Source of the DNA: a virus
Taxonomy: Duplodnaviria > Caudoviricetes
Length of the DNA stretch: 50,945 nucleotides
Virus record (IMG/VR): IMGVR_UViG_3300024182_000004
Location: 1 to 50,945 of that record
Strand: one strand, 5' to 3'
Part shown: one piece after another, positions 36,772-45,274 of the stretch
How the letters are laid out: every line of letters starts with the position of its first letter
Numbering within the stretch: the stretch's first letter is position 1
Notes under the pieces: model-generated
What the model was told of the DNA's origin: nothing
What the model saw: the letters and a program-made list of their open reading frames with translations, nothing else
The model's database searches: none
Translations under genes and position numbers: made by a program

Positions 36772-37020
36772 CAGCGGCGCGGCGAGTCGCCTGAACTCGC
36801 CCGCTGCGATCGACCGCGCAGTTGCTCACCGGATCTCGGCGGCCATGACACGCCTACTCTCTCCCGGTGACCTCGGACCCCTGCGCGGTCGTTCGGAGCG
36901 GTATGTCGGTAAACACGGCGCAGATAGGGTAGGCCGCCTGTAGGGCGCGGCTTGGTCGTTGATGAATGGTTCGAACCCTTACCTTCGACCTGACGCCTGA
37001 ACGACCTCGGCAACCGCTCC
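36772..37020 (+). ncRNA. Candidate structured ncRNA of about 250 nt with three long stems
   Basis: Stems 36772-806, 36811-21/36881-91 and 36895-902/37013-20 with nested helices. Confidence 0.55.
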
Positions 37021-37046
37021 ACTGAGAGTTCAAAAAGGAGAACACC

Positions 37047-37223
37047 ATGGAACAGCCAGTGAGAACGAAGTACGTTTGTCAAAATCCCGAATGCCAGGCC
37101 GAAGACTTCGACCGCGGCAACAACCTGCCGGCGCCGAAGATGCTGATCTGCTGGAACTGCAAGGCCGGCCGAGATCAGGGCTCCATCGGCATGCTTCCGG
37201 TGTCGACCGAACAGGCCGCATGA
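37047..37223 (+). CDS. Small Zn-ribbon protein, 58 aa (not in ORF track)
   Basis: AAGGAG SD; YVCQNPEC...ICWNC. Confidence 0.65.
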   Translation: MEQPVRTKYVCQNPECQAEDFDRGNNLPAPKMLICWNCKAGRDQGSIGMLPVSTEQAA

Positions 37224-37390
37224 TGCACAGCGCACCATGGAAGTCGTCCGATGGCACGCAGTACGTAACCATCAACCAAAGTGGAACCGTTCGCCGATTC
37301 GAGAATGGAGCGTTTCTGATTCGACCCGGGAAGGCGGCGCGGAAAGCCGCAAAACGCGCGAGGCAGAAAGCAAGAAAGGTGGCGCGCTGA
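37220..37390 (+). CDS. Small basic protein
   Basis: Coupled at both ends; GKAARKAAKRARQKARK tail. Confidence 0.55.
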   Translation: MMHSAPWKSSDGTQYVTINQSGTVRRFENGAFLIRPGKAARKAAKRARQKARKVAR

Positions 37391-38127
37391 TGCTGACCCT
37401 CCTCTACTCGCGCGTCTCCACCGACAAGCAATCGGAGTCCGGGCTCGGGCTGGATGTGCAGCACAAGCGGAACATGTCACTCATCAAGTTGCTCGACGTA
37501 CCGACGGACATCGAGCACTTCAGGGACGAAGGAGTCTCGGCCTCCGTTCCGTTCGAGCACCGTCCGGCTGGCAACGACCTGATGCTCAAGATCGGCGCGA
37601 GGTGGGACATCGGTCGCGTCAGTGACAGCAGCGAGGAGACGCGCCTAATCGCCTACTCCCTCGATCGCCTCTTCCGCGACGTCGACGACGGCCGCGCGAT
37701 GCTCAAGTGGTTCGACGAGCGCGGCGTGCGCGTCTTCCTGTCCAACGAGGGCGGCAACGCGATCGACGCCTCCTCGGCGATGGGTCGGTTCCTCATCACG
37801 ATCCGGCTCGCCCAGGGGGAGTTCGAGCGCGGGCTCACTGGCGAGCGGACGAAGGCGGCGCTGGGGGCGCTCAAGGCGCGCGGCGGTCGCGTCGGCGAGC
37901 CGCCGTACGGGTGGAAGACGACCTGTGTCAAGGCCAAGTTCGAGCACGATCCGGCGGAACAGATGGTCATCGCGTCGATCTTGGATTGGGATGGCGAAGG
38001 ATGTTCGTCACGCGAGATCGCGCGCCGGCTGAACGACGTCATCGAAGTCAAAACCCGCGACGGAAAGCAGTGGTCCCACACCCAGATACTTAGAATCCTC
38101 GGCAGAGCCGGGAACGAAGGAGAATGA
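37390..38127 (+). CDS. Serine recombinase (resolvase catalytic domain plus short recombinase domain)
   Basis: YSRVSTDKQ, DEGVSA, SLDRLFR, EFER...ERTKAAL, PPYGW, SREIARRLN...W. Confidence 0.92.
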   Translation: MLTLLYSRVSTDKQSESGLGLDVQHKRNMSLIKLLDVPTDIEHFRDEGVSASVPFEHRPAGNDLMLKIGARWDIGRVSDSSEETRLIAYSLDRLFRDVDDGRAMLKWFDERGVRVFLSNEGGNAIDASSAMGRFLITIRLAQGEFERGLTGERTKAALGALKARGGRVGEPPYGWKTTCVKAKFEHDPAEQMVIASILDWDGEGCSSREIARRLNDVIEVKTRDGKQWSHTQILRILGRAGNEGE

Positions 38128-38130
38128 TCG

Positions 38131-38322
38131 ATGGCCAACCCTGATCTCGTGAACGGAATCGCGAAACTGTTGCTCGCCCCGGAGTGCATCGCGACCACTC
38201 GGACCATGCTGGAAGATCGGCTCAAGGACGCGATGGCGGCCGATAACGTCGTAGAGACCCTCGCCATCGGCCAGATGATCGCCGGGGTCGACAAACAGAT
38301 CAAGCGGTACGCGGCGAAATGA
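38131..38322 (+). CDS. Hypothetical protein
   Basis: AAGGAG SD; coupled to next gene. Confidence 0.6.
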   Translation: MANPDLVNGIAKLLLAPECIATTRTMLEDRLKDAMAADNVVETLAIGQMIAGVDKQIKRYAAK

Positions 38323-38522
38323 AGGCGCTCTCCGAGCTGAGCCAACACGCCGGAGGCTACTGCGGCGAAGGTGCCACGCCAGGGTGTTTTGCGCGGATGC
38401 GACACTTGATCGAAGAGGTGACGTCTACCGTCTCGCGCATCAAAGAAAAGACGGAGCGATGCGAGTGCATTCCCGGAGTCTACGACTGCATCCTGCACGA
38501 GGCCGAATCCATCCTTCCTTGA
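38319..38522 (+). CDS. Small Cys-rich hypothetical protein
   Basis: ATGA-coupled ORF. Confidence 0.5.
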   Translation: MKALSELSQHAGGYCGEGATPGCFARMRHLIEEVTSTVSRIKEKTERCECIPGVYDCILHEAESILP

Positions 38523-38611
38523 CCCCGCCCCCTTCCCTGCCCCACAATCCCGCCTGACTCTGCCGCAGAGGAGAGCGCGGTTGTGGCGGCAGGGTCAAAG
38601 GGAGGAGCGGG

Positions 38612-39016
38612 ATGGCATTCACTTTCACGGGCACAGCGGCGGCCGGAACCTCGGCTGCAGCAGGAGCCATCGCCGGCGGGGTTACTCCCTGGTACCGCAT
38701 CTCCGAGCGCTCCGAGAAGAGTTCCTTCCACCTCACCGGAGTCTTCGTCGCCACCATCCAACCTGAATACTCGAACGCGGCCACCTTCGACAAAGGGAAC
38801 GACTTCGCTCCTGACGCCGCCACCTACTCTGCACCTACCCTCCGCGAGCTGCCCCTCGGAATCGCCGACTTCGTGAGATACCGCTGCACGGCGTTCACGA
38901 GTGGCACGCCGATGCTGAGCATGGCCAAGGCGCTCAATCCCTCGGGCGTTGCGGCCGTCATCCAAGAAGACACGAAGAAGACGCCGGCGCCGTCCAGCGT
39001 GGGGCCGAACAACTGA
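38612..39016 (+). CDS. Putative virion structural protein
   Basis: GGAGG SD; TGVFVATIQPE and VRYRCTAFTSGT jelly-roll-like pattern; preceded by a TTGACC...CACAAT promoter-like site near 38519-38548. Confidence 0.55.
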   Translation: MAFTFTGTAAAGTSAAAGAIAGGVTPWYRISERSEKSSFHLTGVFVATIQPEYSNAATFDKGNDFAPDAATYSAPTLRELPLGIADFVRYRCTAFTSGTPMLSMAKALNPSGVAAVIQEDTKKTPAPSSVGPNN

Positions 39017-40662
39017 TGACGGCCTCCGTGGGATCCCCGGCGCTCGAGGGCGCGACCAACCCTTTTGACGCGGCGTCCGGCAGTTCGTCTGTCGTCACCC
39101 CGTACGTCATGGCTCCCGCGCCGTCTGGCGGCGACGATCTCGCGGTCATCCAGGCGCTCATCACCGCCAACGCGCCGCTCGGTATCGTGACGATCCTCAC
39201 TGACTCCGAGTACCTGCTTTCCGGCGAGCTCTCCGTTCCAGCTACTGCCCACGGCGAGATCCTTCGCGGTACGCCAGGCAAGTATGACGTCGCCCAAGGG
39301 ACGCGCTTCAAGTTGACCGGTGCGGCGCGCTCTTGCCTCGCGACGACGAACTGCTACCGGGTGAAAATATCCGGAATCACCTTCAACGGGAACCGCCTCG
39401 GCGCGGCGGTCTTCCTGAACGGCTTCACCTGGGGCGCGTTCGAGGATTGCAACTTCATCAACGGCCTATTCGACGGCCTCCACCTCGGCCCGGACCCGAA
39501 CCTAAACGACACGAACACTTTCACGCGCTGTTTCTTTGTCGGCTGCGGCACTCTGCGCGCCACGGCTGGCGTCATCGCCGGGTACACGACGGGCGTGCGT
39601 ACGGTCATCGCCGGAACCTGTACGACCGTCGCGGGCAACGCCACCATCACTTTCGTCGGCGCCCCCGACCTGACCACGCTCGACATCCGCCGCGGCGAGA
39701 AGATGCGTGTCCACTTCACCGCACCGAACACGCCACAGGTCATTCAAATTGAGTCCGTCACCGCTAACACGATCACGGCGATGGTCAACGCCGACAACAA
39801 GCCGCAGGTCTCCGCTGCGGGTTTGGACTTCGCGATTGGCATTGGTGCCGGATATTTCGAGGAACGGGCGACGAACAACAACGTCAATCACTTTATCGAT
39901 TGCGTCTCGCGTGGCAATCCGGTCGGCCTTCATTTCGATGGACTGTACGGCCCCATAGTCGACGGCGGTCAGATCGACTTCAACAGCCTCATAGCAATCT
40001 CCGTGTCTGCCGCAGACAACAACACGGCATTTATTGGAGCACAGTTCAACCACGTTTACACGGAGGCGAACACTGCTGGGCAGTACTTCCTCGGCCAATC
40101 TCAGGACATAGTCATCACTGCTCCGAACGGTGACGCCACTCCACTCTTCGCCAATCCGGCCCTCAACGTTTCGGACTGCACGATCATCCGCAAGGGCCGC
40201 GTCGAAACGATGAAGTTCGGGGCGGATCAGTCGCTCGTCATTCAGGTCACGCGCACGGGCGGCGTTCTTCAGCACCGTATGATCTCCGACCTCATCAACC
40301 AAAGCGGCTCGGCTGAGGCGGATAAGATCAACGGCGCGAGCAACGCCTACGCGAATACGCCGACGCTCGATCCTGGCAACGTCGCGTTTGTGAGCGGAGC
40401 CGGGATCTACGGCTTTGCGCTGGTGTTGGACACAGGTCCGCAAGGGGCCGTTCCCTTCGGTGCGGCTCCGGCATTCGAGGCGAATACCACCGGCGTTGCC
40501 GTACGCGCCTCCATCTCCGTGACGGAAGTCAACATCAACGGTGTGACGCAGAAGCGGACGACGCTGCGACTGATCGATGCTGCCGGAGCCGAGGCGGATT
40601 GGGCGGCGACAGTCGGCAACGGTACGACGCTGGCGGTTCGCGTCGACATGAGAATCAGGTAA
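39016..40662 (+). CDS. Tailspike-like protein with pectin-lyase-type beta-helix
   Basis: GDDLAVIQALI start motif; ISGITFNGN, FEDCNF, NTFTRCFF, NHFIDC beta-helix rungs. Confidence 0.7.
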   Translation: MTASVGSPALEGATNPFDAASGSSSVVTPYVMAPAPSGGDDLAVIQALITANAPLGIVTILTDSEYLLSGELSVPATAHGEILRGTPGKYDVAQGTRFKLTGAARSCLATTNCYRVKISGITFNGNRLGAAVFLNGFTWGAFEDCNFINGLFDGLHLGPDPNLNDTNTFTRCFFVGCGTLRATAGVIAGYTTGVRTVIAGTCTTVAGNATITFVGAPDLTTLDIRRGEKMRVHFTAPNTPQVIQIESVTANTITAMVNADNKPQVSAAGLDFAIGIGAGYFEERATNNNVNHFIDCVSRGNPVGLHFDGLYGPIVDGGQIDFNSLIAISVSAADNNTAFIGAQFNHVYTEANTAGQYFLGQSQDIVITAPNGDATPLFANPALNVSDCTIIRKGRVETMKFGADQSLVIQVTRTGGVLQHRMISDLINQSGSAEADKINGASNAYANTPTLDPGNVAFVSGAGIYGFALVLDTGPQGAVPFGAAPAFEANTTGVAVRASISVTEVNINGVTQKRTTLRLIDAAGAEADWAATVGNGTTLAVRVDMRIR

Positions 40663-40673
40663 GGAGGCAAACG

Positions 40674-41135
40674 ATGTCGCAACGGGTTCAGAAGGCTGGC
40701 TGGCGTAGCAGAGGGTGGATGTCGTTCACGATCGCGAACAACGCGCATCTACTGCTCGGCGGCCCGAGCGCGACCGTGCCGACGAAGGCCAAGAGCGCGA
40801 ACAAGGATGAGACAGACCCGGCGTGCTTTCTGGTGAACGGAATCCCGCAGAACGCCGACAAGTCGCGCTTCGCCGAAATCGGCTCGCAAGGGTTCACCGA
40901 GACGAATGGCCACGCGATCAAGCACGCCCTCATCGACATCATCAGCTCGGGGGCGACGATCACGCCGGCGGCGCGAACGATGACCGACACCTCGGCTCCG
41001 GACTCGACGCACGGTCAGTACGTCACAACCCCCGACACGCTCATTATCGAAGACGCGCGAGATGACATTTTCCGTTTCGACCTTATCAACGTCTCGGGCG
41101 GGAACATGGTCGTGGAAGTGAGGCCGTTCGAATGA
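40674..41135 (+). CDS. Hypothetical (probably structural) protein
   Basis: TAAGGAGG SD; within the fibre cluster. Confidence 0.65.
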   Translation: MSQRVQKAGWRSRGWMSFTIANNAHLLLGGPSATVPTKAKSANKDETDPACFLVNGIPQNADKSRFAEIGSQGFTETNGHAIKHALIDIISSGATITPAARTMTDTSAPDSTHGQYVTTPDTLIIEDARDDIFRFDLINVSGGNMVVEVRPFE

Positions 41136-42475
41136 GACGGCTCCTGCTGGTCGCGATCTTCTTGTCGGCCGCATCGGCATCAGCGCAGCCGCGCCCGCCC
41201 CTTACGCTACAGCAAGCTATCTCGCTCTTCGTACTGCGCGCGGGCGGGAGCACGATCGGCGGAACGACGACCGTCAACAACTTGACCATCAATGGCACCT
41301 GCATTGGTTGTACGACTGGAGCCGTTCTCGCCACGCGCACGATCTCTACGACGTCTCCTCTCGGCGGCGGTGGCGATCTTTCCGCTGATCGCACGCTGAC
41401 CTGCACGACCTGCGCGACCTCCAGCAACAACCTTTCATTTTTCTCGGCCACATCATCCGCGCAACTCGCGACGCTTTTGAACGACGAAACAGGCTTCAGC
41501 TCGGGCGCACTCGCCGTGTTCAGTAAATCTCCGGTGATCGAGACCCCGACGATCGCCTCTTTCACGAACGCGACACACAATCATCAGAACGCGGCTGGCG
41601 GCGGAACGCTCGGCGATGCGGCGATCACGTTCACGGCTCCCGCACTTGGCGCTCCGACCGCAACGACAGTTCAGACTTCCGGCAACGTCGGTGTCGGTGC
41701 GGCGCCGTCCGCGGTGGCTGGGGAAATGTTGGTTGCTACGGACAACTTCAACGGCGCGACCATCATCCGCGCCTCGAACCCCGATGCAACGGATACTGGC
41801 TCGCTTGCGGCCCTCGAAGTTCTGGGCGGGGCAACAGTGCTTGGGAGGCTGCAAGCACACCAGGCCGGACGTACAGCTACCCGTCTTGGGGTAACACTTG
41901 CGAACTATGTCGAACTTTTTCAATCGACGGGAAATGGTTTGCTCATCGATACCACCGGCGCCAATCCTGTCATTGTAGGAACTGGCGGCTTACGCGCCAT
42001 AACGATCAGCGGCTCAACACAGGCCGTCTCTCTTCGCGGCTCTCAAACGAACGACAGCGCGACGGCCGGGGACGTCGGGGAGTTGATTTCAGGAACGGTC
42101 GCTGCGAACACAACGTCGCTCTCGACCAACACTACCGCGAACGTCGGAACCAACACGAACATCACCCTGACCGCCGGAGATTGGGACTGCGATGGCGTCG
42201 TCAATTTCACCTTCGGAGCAACGACTTCGATCACGAACCTGACGGGCGGCGTCAGCACGACCACCGCAACGCTTCCGGCCCAGGACTCCTACTTCGACTA
42301 CGAGACGAGTGCAATCGTGCCGACCGGCTCTGCTGTGGCGACGTGGGTTGTGCCGACCGTAAATATCAAGGTCGCGAACGCCACTACCACACCAGTCTTT
42401 CTAGTTTCGCAGGCGACCTTCACTGTTTCTACAATCAAGGTTGGCGGCACGATTCGCTGCCGGAGGATGAGGTAG
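41132..42475 (+). CDS. Tail-fibre-like protein with N-terminal signal-peptide-like segment
   Basis: Thr/Gly/Ala-rich; LGGGGDLSADRTL, TSSAQLATLLNDETG, NDSATAGDVGE, LTAGDWD and IRCRRMR fibre motifs. Confidence 0.65.
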   Translation: MRRLLLVAIFLSAASASAQPRPPLTLQQAISLFVLRAGGSTIGGTTTVNNLTINGTCIGCTTGAVLATRTISTTSPLGGGGDLSADRTLTCTTCATSSNNLSFFSATSSAQLATLLNDETGFSSGALAVFSKSPVIETPTIASFTNATHNHQNAAGGGTLGDAAITFTAPALGAPTATTVQTSGNVGVGAAPSAVAGEMLVATDNFNGATIIRASNPDATDTGSLAALEVLGGATVLGRLQAHQAGRTATRLGVTLANYVELFQSTGNGLLIDTTGANPVIVGTGGLRAITISGSTQAVSLRGSQTNDSATAGDVGELISGTVAANTTSLSTNTTANVGTNTNITLTAGDWDCDGVVNFTFGATTSITNLTGGVSTTTATLPAQDSYFDYETSAIVPTGSAVATWVVPTVNIKVANATTTPVFLVSQATFTVSTIKVGGTIRCRRMR

Positions 42476-42479
42476 AACA

Positions 42480-43118
42480 ATGCCGCGCAAAAAAACCGTC
42501 GATCCCCGGCTCACGAAAGCTCTCGCCACCATCGAGGCGCAGAAGAACGCCAGCGCGGCGCAGCAGGCCGAGCTCGAACAGCTCCGCGGGATGGTGACCG
42601 CCGCCAAGCCGGGACGCCCCTTCCGCGCTCGCACCCTCTTTCATGGGCCGCTCGACGTGAAGCTCAAGGGCGTCGACGTCGCCGAGGATGAGGTCTGGAT
42701 TGAGCAACGGGGCGAGATGCTGATGATCTTGGTCGGCAATGCCGCGCAAGCGGCCAAGTTCGGAATCAGGCGGACGATGGTTCAGCAGGAGACGCCTGAA
42801 GTCGTCCAGCAACTAGCCGCTCAGCCGCTGTTGCCGCCGCGCCCGCAAGTCGACCTGCAGGAGTTGGAATTGAAGCGCGTCGGCCTCGGCTCCCTCGACG
42901 CCGCCTCCCCTTTCGGCCCGCAGCTCGCCAACGTCTTCACCGATGACGGCCAGCCGGTAGTGAACGCCGCCGTAGCGCCGCAGGGTGATCCGCGCCGACC
43001 CGGGGGATGGCAGGACCGCACCGAGGCCGCTGTGATCGCGCGGGAGGCATACGGAGGCTACAACGGTTCCGGGCCGCGGCCGGCCGGATGGGTCGACCCG
43101 GATTCGCAGCCGAGCTGA
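42480..43118 (+). CDS. Hypothetical protein upstream of the terminase
   Basis: GAGGT SD; TGATG-coupled to the large terminase gene. Confidence 0.65.
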   Translation: MPRKKTVDPRLTKALATIEAQKNASAAQQAELEQLRGMVTAAKPGRPFRARTLFHGPLDVKLKGVDVAEDEVWIEQRGEMLMILVGNAAQAAKFGIRRTMVQQETPEVVQQLAAQPLLPPRPQVDLQELELKRVGLGSLDAASPFGPQLANVFTDDGQPVVNAAVAPQGDPRRPGGWQDRTEAAVIAREAYGGYNGSGPRPAGWVDPDSQPS

Positions 43119-45274
43119 TGTCGGCAATCGAGCAGGAAGTCCAGCGCAAGATCATCTTCAAAGAGGACCGTCTCATCGTCCTTGACGGGTCGATCATCTG
43201 CCCGAGTCGCGCGGCGTGCGATCGCAAGGCCTACGAGCGCCAGGAGGTCTACATTCGGCGCCACTGCCGCGAACACCAGCTCGGGGAGTTCGAGGATCTC
43301 GAAGACGCCGAGCGCAACCTCTTCCTCAATTGCTTCTACTTCGCGCACAAGTACGGCACCGGCAATCTATCGATCGGGCCGGATCCATTCTGGGAACACC
43401 ACGTCTTCATGGCCGATTGGAGTTTCCACCCGAACGACCTCGAGCAAGGCTTCGTTCGCGAGAAGCGGCGCTATCGGATGCCTGACTACGACGGCATGCA
43501 CGTCGGACGCATCGAGAAGCGCTTCAAGAAGGTGCAGAAGCCCCGCGGTACGCAGAAGTCGTCCGTCGGCCGCGCGTACGTAACCTGGCGCCTCTTGCGC
43601 TCCTTCTACGTCGAGAACAACCCCTACTTCCGCGTGCTGGTGATCTCGGCGACCTCGAAGCTCGGGCGTACGCAGTGGTTCGGGCCGCTCAAAAAGCTCT
43701 GGTCGATCAATAAGCACCTGATTCGCCTCTTCGGCGCGTGGGAGTTCACTTGTGACCACTGCGGCGACGTCCAAGACGTTCCGCGCAAGCTCGTTGTGAA
43801 CGTCGACCGCTGCCCGCGCTGCAACGAGGTTCTCGGCCGCCGCGTGCGGATGCGCAACGTCGGGCTCGTGACGAAGGGATCATTCGGGAAAGACAGCATT
43901 CAGATGCGGTGGACCGTTCACCCCGAGGATGACTTCTCCGGCATGGCGGTCGAGAATTTTCAGTTCGGCGGCGTCGACACCGAGCTCACCGGCCAGCGCT
44001 TCGATCTGGTCATGGCTGATGATCTGTCGACCTCGAAGAACTCCTACTCGTTCGATCTGCGCGAGGGCGTCAAGGACACATTCGCGGAAGTCACCCGGCA
44101 GCTCGACGACGGGCAGATGATCCTCTCCTGCACGCCGTACCACCTCGACGACCTGGCCAACGACATCGAGCGCAAGGAAGGCCCGTACTACGAGCAGTTC
44201 CACATCATGCGCCGCGCTGCGGCCTGGCTCGACGACAAGGGCGAGACGCAATACTACTGGCCGGTAAGCGCCGAGGGCGTCGAGAAGCTCTCCGAGCGAA
44301 AGTTGGCCGCCAAGAAGGCGATGACGGCCGATCGCAACTTCTCCTCGCAGTACATGGATCAGCCGGAAGACCCGACGCTCTCCAGCTTCAAGAGCGATTG
44401 GTTCGAGTTCGTCGAGCAGTCGGAAGTGCCGGCGCCGGTGCTCTGGGGGTACGGAGAGGATTACACCGAAGAGCAACTCAAGCGAATCAACGAGGAGCAC
44501 GTCGTCGTCGACTCGTTCCTCTACGTCGACCCGGCCGGCCACGACCTGCAGAAGAAGCGCAATGATGACACCGCGCTCTTCGGCGGGAAGGTCTATCTCG
44601 GCATCGTCTACGTGATGGTCTTGGACTCGTTCAAGGGACCGGACTCGAAAGAGAAGGAGCGCATCTTCAACGCCGCGACACTCCTGCGCCCGCGGATCAT
44701 CCGCTACTTCCGCAAGAACAACGACCGCGAGGGCGCGCTCGTCAACGGCTTCGCGAACTTCTGTAACGAGAAGTCGAGAGAGTTAACGGTCTCCCAGGCG
44801 AAGCCGGTGAACGTCTACCTGCCGATGTACTTCCAGCCCGAGTCGACGATCGTGTCCAAGCGCGACAAGATCGAGAAGACCGAGCCGCTCTGGCGCAACC
44901 GTCGGGTGAAGATCGTCCGCTGCGCCGGCGTGACCGAGGCCGAGCGCGTGAAGTGTCGCGAACAGTACGTCGGGCTCGGCATCACCACCCACGACGATTA
45001 CCCCGACGCCGGAAGCGCGCTACAGGAAGACGTCGGGATCCCGACGATGTCGGTGGTCACCGCGGCCGCGCAGAGCGCCAGCACCTCGAGGGTGAACGAG
45101 AAGGGCAATATCGAGATCCCGATCGGCGACCTTCTGCGCGAGATGCGAAAGCGCCACGCCGCGCCGGAGCGACGGGATAAGTGGGCCTCCGGGGTCGCCG
45201 ATCAGGAGACCTCGAAGGCGGATGTCGTAAACTCTGACATTCCCGAGCCAGAGGACTGGAGGGCTGCAAGGTGA
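43118..45274 (+). CDS. terL: Terminase large subunit
   Basis: Walker A KPRGTQKSS, VLVISAT, Walker B FDLVMADD, CTPYHLDD, FSSQYMDQP, nuclease YVDPA...DDTA, HDDYPDA. Confidence 0.9.
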   Translation: MSAIEQEVQRKIIFKEDRLIVLDGSIICPSRAACDRKAYERQEVYIRRHCREHQLGEFEDLEDAERNLFLNCFYFAHKYGTGNLSIGPDPFWEHHVFMADWSFHPNDLEQGFVREKRRYRMPDYDGMHVGRIEKRFKKVQKPRGTQKSSVGRAYVTWRLLRSFYVENNPYFRVLVISATSKLGRTQWFGPLKKLWSINKHLIRLFGAWEFTCDHCGDVQDVPRKLVVNVDRCPRCNEVLGRRVRMRNVGLVTKGSFGKDSIQMRWTVHPEDDFSGMAVENFQFGGVDTELTGQRFDLVMADDLSTSKNSYSFDLREGVKDTFAEVTRQLDDGQMILSCTPYHLDDLANDIERKEGPYYEQFHIMRRAAAWLDDKGETQYYWPVSAEGVEKLSERKLAAKKAMTADRNFSSQYMDQPEDPTLSSFKSDWFEFVEQSEVPAPVLWGYGEDYTEEQLKRINEEHVVVDSFLYVDPAGHDLQKKRNDDTALFGGKVYLGIVYVMVLDSFKGPDSKEKERIFNAATLLRPRIIRYFRKNNDREGALVNGFANFCNEKSRELTVSQAKPVNVYLPMYFQPESTIVSKRDKIEKTEPLWRNRRVKIVRCAGVTEAERVKCREQYVGLGITTHDDYPDAGSALQEDVGIPTMSVVTAAAQSASTSRVNEKGNIEIPIGDLLREMRKRHAAPERRDKWASGVADQETSKADVVNSDIPEPEDWRAAR

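Noticed and set aside
36968-36979. tRNA gene (GGTTCGAACCCT T-arm)
   Set aside because: Could not fold a D-arm, anticodon arm or acceptor stem around it
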